This document shows, in pieces, positions 33,049 through 34,426 of a stretch of 34,426 bases of DNA. Position 1 is the first letter of the stretch, and each line of letters starts with the position of its first letter. Source of the stretch: Catajapyx aquilonaris (taxonomy: Eukaryota). Below the pieces are notes generated by a model. That model worked only from the letters and a program-made list of their open reading frames with translations. It did not search any database and was not told where the DNA came from. The stretch is taken from contig JYFJ02004156.1 in assembly GCA_000934665.2 (NCBI GenBank), forward strand, positions 1 to 34,426, in the 5' to 3' direction. The position numbers and the translations under genes were made by a program.

Positions 33049-33382
33049 GGGGCCGTCCAGACGGGCCAACCTTAGCCGCGGCCAGCCGCGGCTGGTCGAG
33101 GCCGCGACGGTTCACACGGCAACGGCAACGGCCAGGCCACGGCTCAGAAGTTGGCCAAGTTGGCCGACTTCCTGGAAGTTGGCTCGCTGCTTGGCCACGG
33201 CTTGGCCACTGCTTGGCCTCGGCGACGGATACTGCGCGTCACTTGTTTTTCGTCGCTGCCATGACTACCGGCCACTATTACAAATGCGGGTGGCTGTTAA
33301 ATATGTGCCCGTCTGAACGGGTACCGTGGCCAGCCGTGGCTCCGCAAGCCGGGTCCGACGCCAGGGCCGCGGCCAACCTTAG
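33049..33382. repeat. GC-rich MITE-like fragment (possibly PIF/Harbinger)
   Basis: CCGTCCAGACGGGC is inverted as GCCCGTCTGAACGG at ~33307; many GGCC(A/G)CGGC repeats; termini uncertain. Confidence 0.4.
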
Positions 33383-33962
33383 GATGTGTAGGATTAGCTG
33401 CCACTGCATTATAATCCGACTTTGTTACTTTTGTCTTTAGTAAGCTGAGACAAAAGTCATTGCAAAAGGTTCCAGTTCTGGGAGAATCACCCACAGAGAA
33501 ATGAGCTGTGACAGTTTTAGTGTACGTTTCATCCCTCAACAAATTGCCTCAAAGAGAGACTTAAGGGGGGTTCACACTAGTTGACGGGAGCATACGAAAA
33601 GAACGATCCGAAAGAGTGGACCAATCAGAGCCCACTTGAGGATGACGAAAAGTGAAAGGGATTACGAAACGGAAAAGTCGGGAGAAATCAACTTTTGACG
33701 GACACAGAATACGGAATACGTAGGCTTACGGACCTATCCACCAATGGAAGAGCCAGGAATGCGGCAGGGGTGTGGCGAGCGAAAGTGAAAGGGAAAGCCG
33801 GCAGCGCCTCTGGCGGGGACAGGACGAAGGACATCAGTCGGGAGTCGAGACCCAGGGGGAGCGGGCCTCGGGAGATGGGAGAAGAGAAGGGTATGATACC
33901 GGTCCGAAGAGAGGGAGAGCCATAGGGAGATCCGGCTTCCTCCCCGAGAATTCAAGCACAGC

Positions 33963-34330
33963 GTATTCTTTTTTTTTTTTTGTCCATGCGTCCAAACTCC
34001 TACTCCATGCAGACAGTATTTTGTGAAGCTCTTTATTTTGTCAGGTTCACTGTACACTAGCTTTTGACGCGACTTATAATTGCTTTATACACATGTATTC
34101 CACCTACACAATTTATCCGTTTACAGTGCTGACATTATTGCCACCTTGTTTTTGTTGTTGCTACTTATAAAATTCATGTGACATTGGCTACATTGATATT
34201 GCAATAGGGGTGCTGCCCCCTGCAAATGGGCTTGGCCCGAGCAGGTAATAAATATTTACTTACTTGCTACTTAGGCTACTTACTGACTTAGGCCACTTAT
34301 TATTATTTAAGTTTATTATTTATTATTAAT
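33963..34330 (+). mobile_element. Second, heavily 5'-truncated copy of the LINE (3' UTR only)
   Basis: Reverse complement of 20041-20408, with about 2 substitutions outside the T-run. Confidence 0.92.
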
Positions 34331-34426
34331 GTCGCGCCTCAGCAATATACATGCCTACTTATTTTATGCATTTATTTTATGTTGTTGCACATTTTGTATC
34401 CAACCCTCCACTTTTCCCCCAACCCT

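Noticed and set aside
33561..33760. Harbinger-like start TAA|GGGGGGTTCACACT
   Set aside because: No matching right TIR in the window.
1..34426. CRISPR array or prokaryotic defence system
   Set aside because: No regularly spaced repeat-spacer array or operon structure; the sequence is eukaryotic.

Overview
Eukaryotic, TE-dense genomic window, probably from a non-dipteran arthropod (GT-AG introns, a TTAGG array, SINEs resembling insect Lm1/Talua types). It holds two convergent host genes. (1) The 3' three exons of a C2H2 zinc-finger gene on + (4536-4640, 4748-4873, 7589-8617; 12 fingers). (2) A two-exon 574-aa BC-box/leucine-rich-repeat gene on - (18037-17812, 17749-16251), preceded by tandem degenerate copies of a homologous first exon. 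A decayed second zinc-finger array lies at about 14190-14560. The rest is mobile DNA: seven tRNA-derived SINE copies, five with target-site duplications (TSDs); piggyBac-type, Tc1/mariner-type and foldback MITEs; a decayed Sola-like transposase; a 6.1-kb nested piggyBac > Sola-like > LINE > SINE stack; and a full-length, young Ty3/gypsy LTR retrotransposon (25798-32801). The retrotransposon has non-canonical TA...TA LTR ends, a -1 frameshift signal, a hairpin-rich spacer and an intact third ORF that does not look like an envelope gene. That ORF3 cassette and the BC-box LRR exon array are the best candidates for undescribed biology. All calls were made by eye, without database searches.
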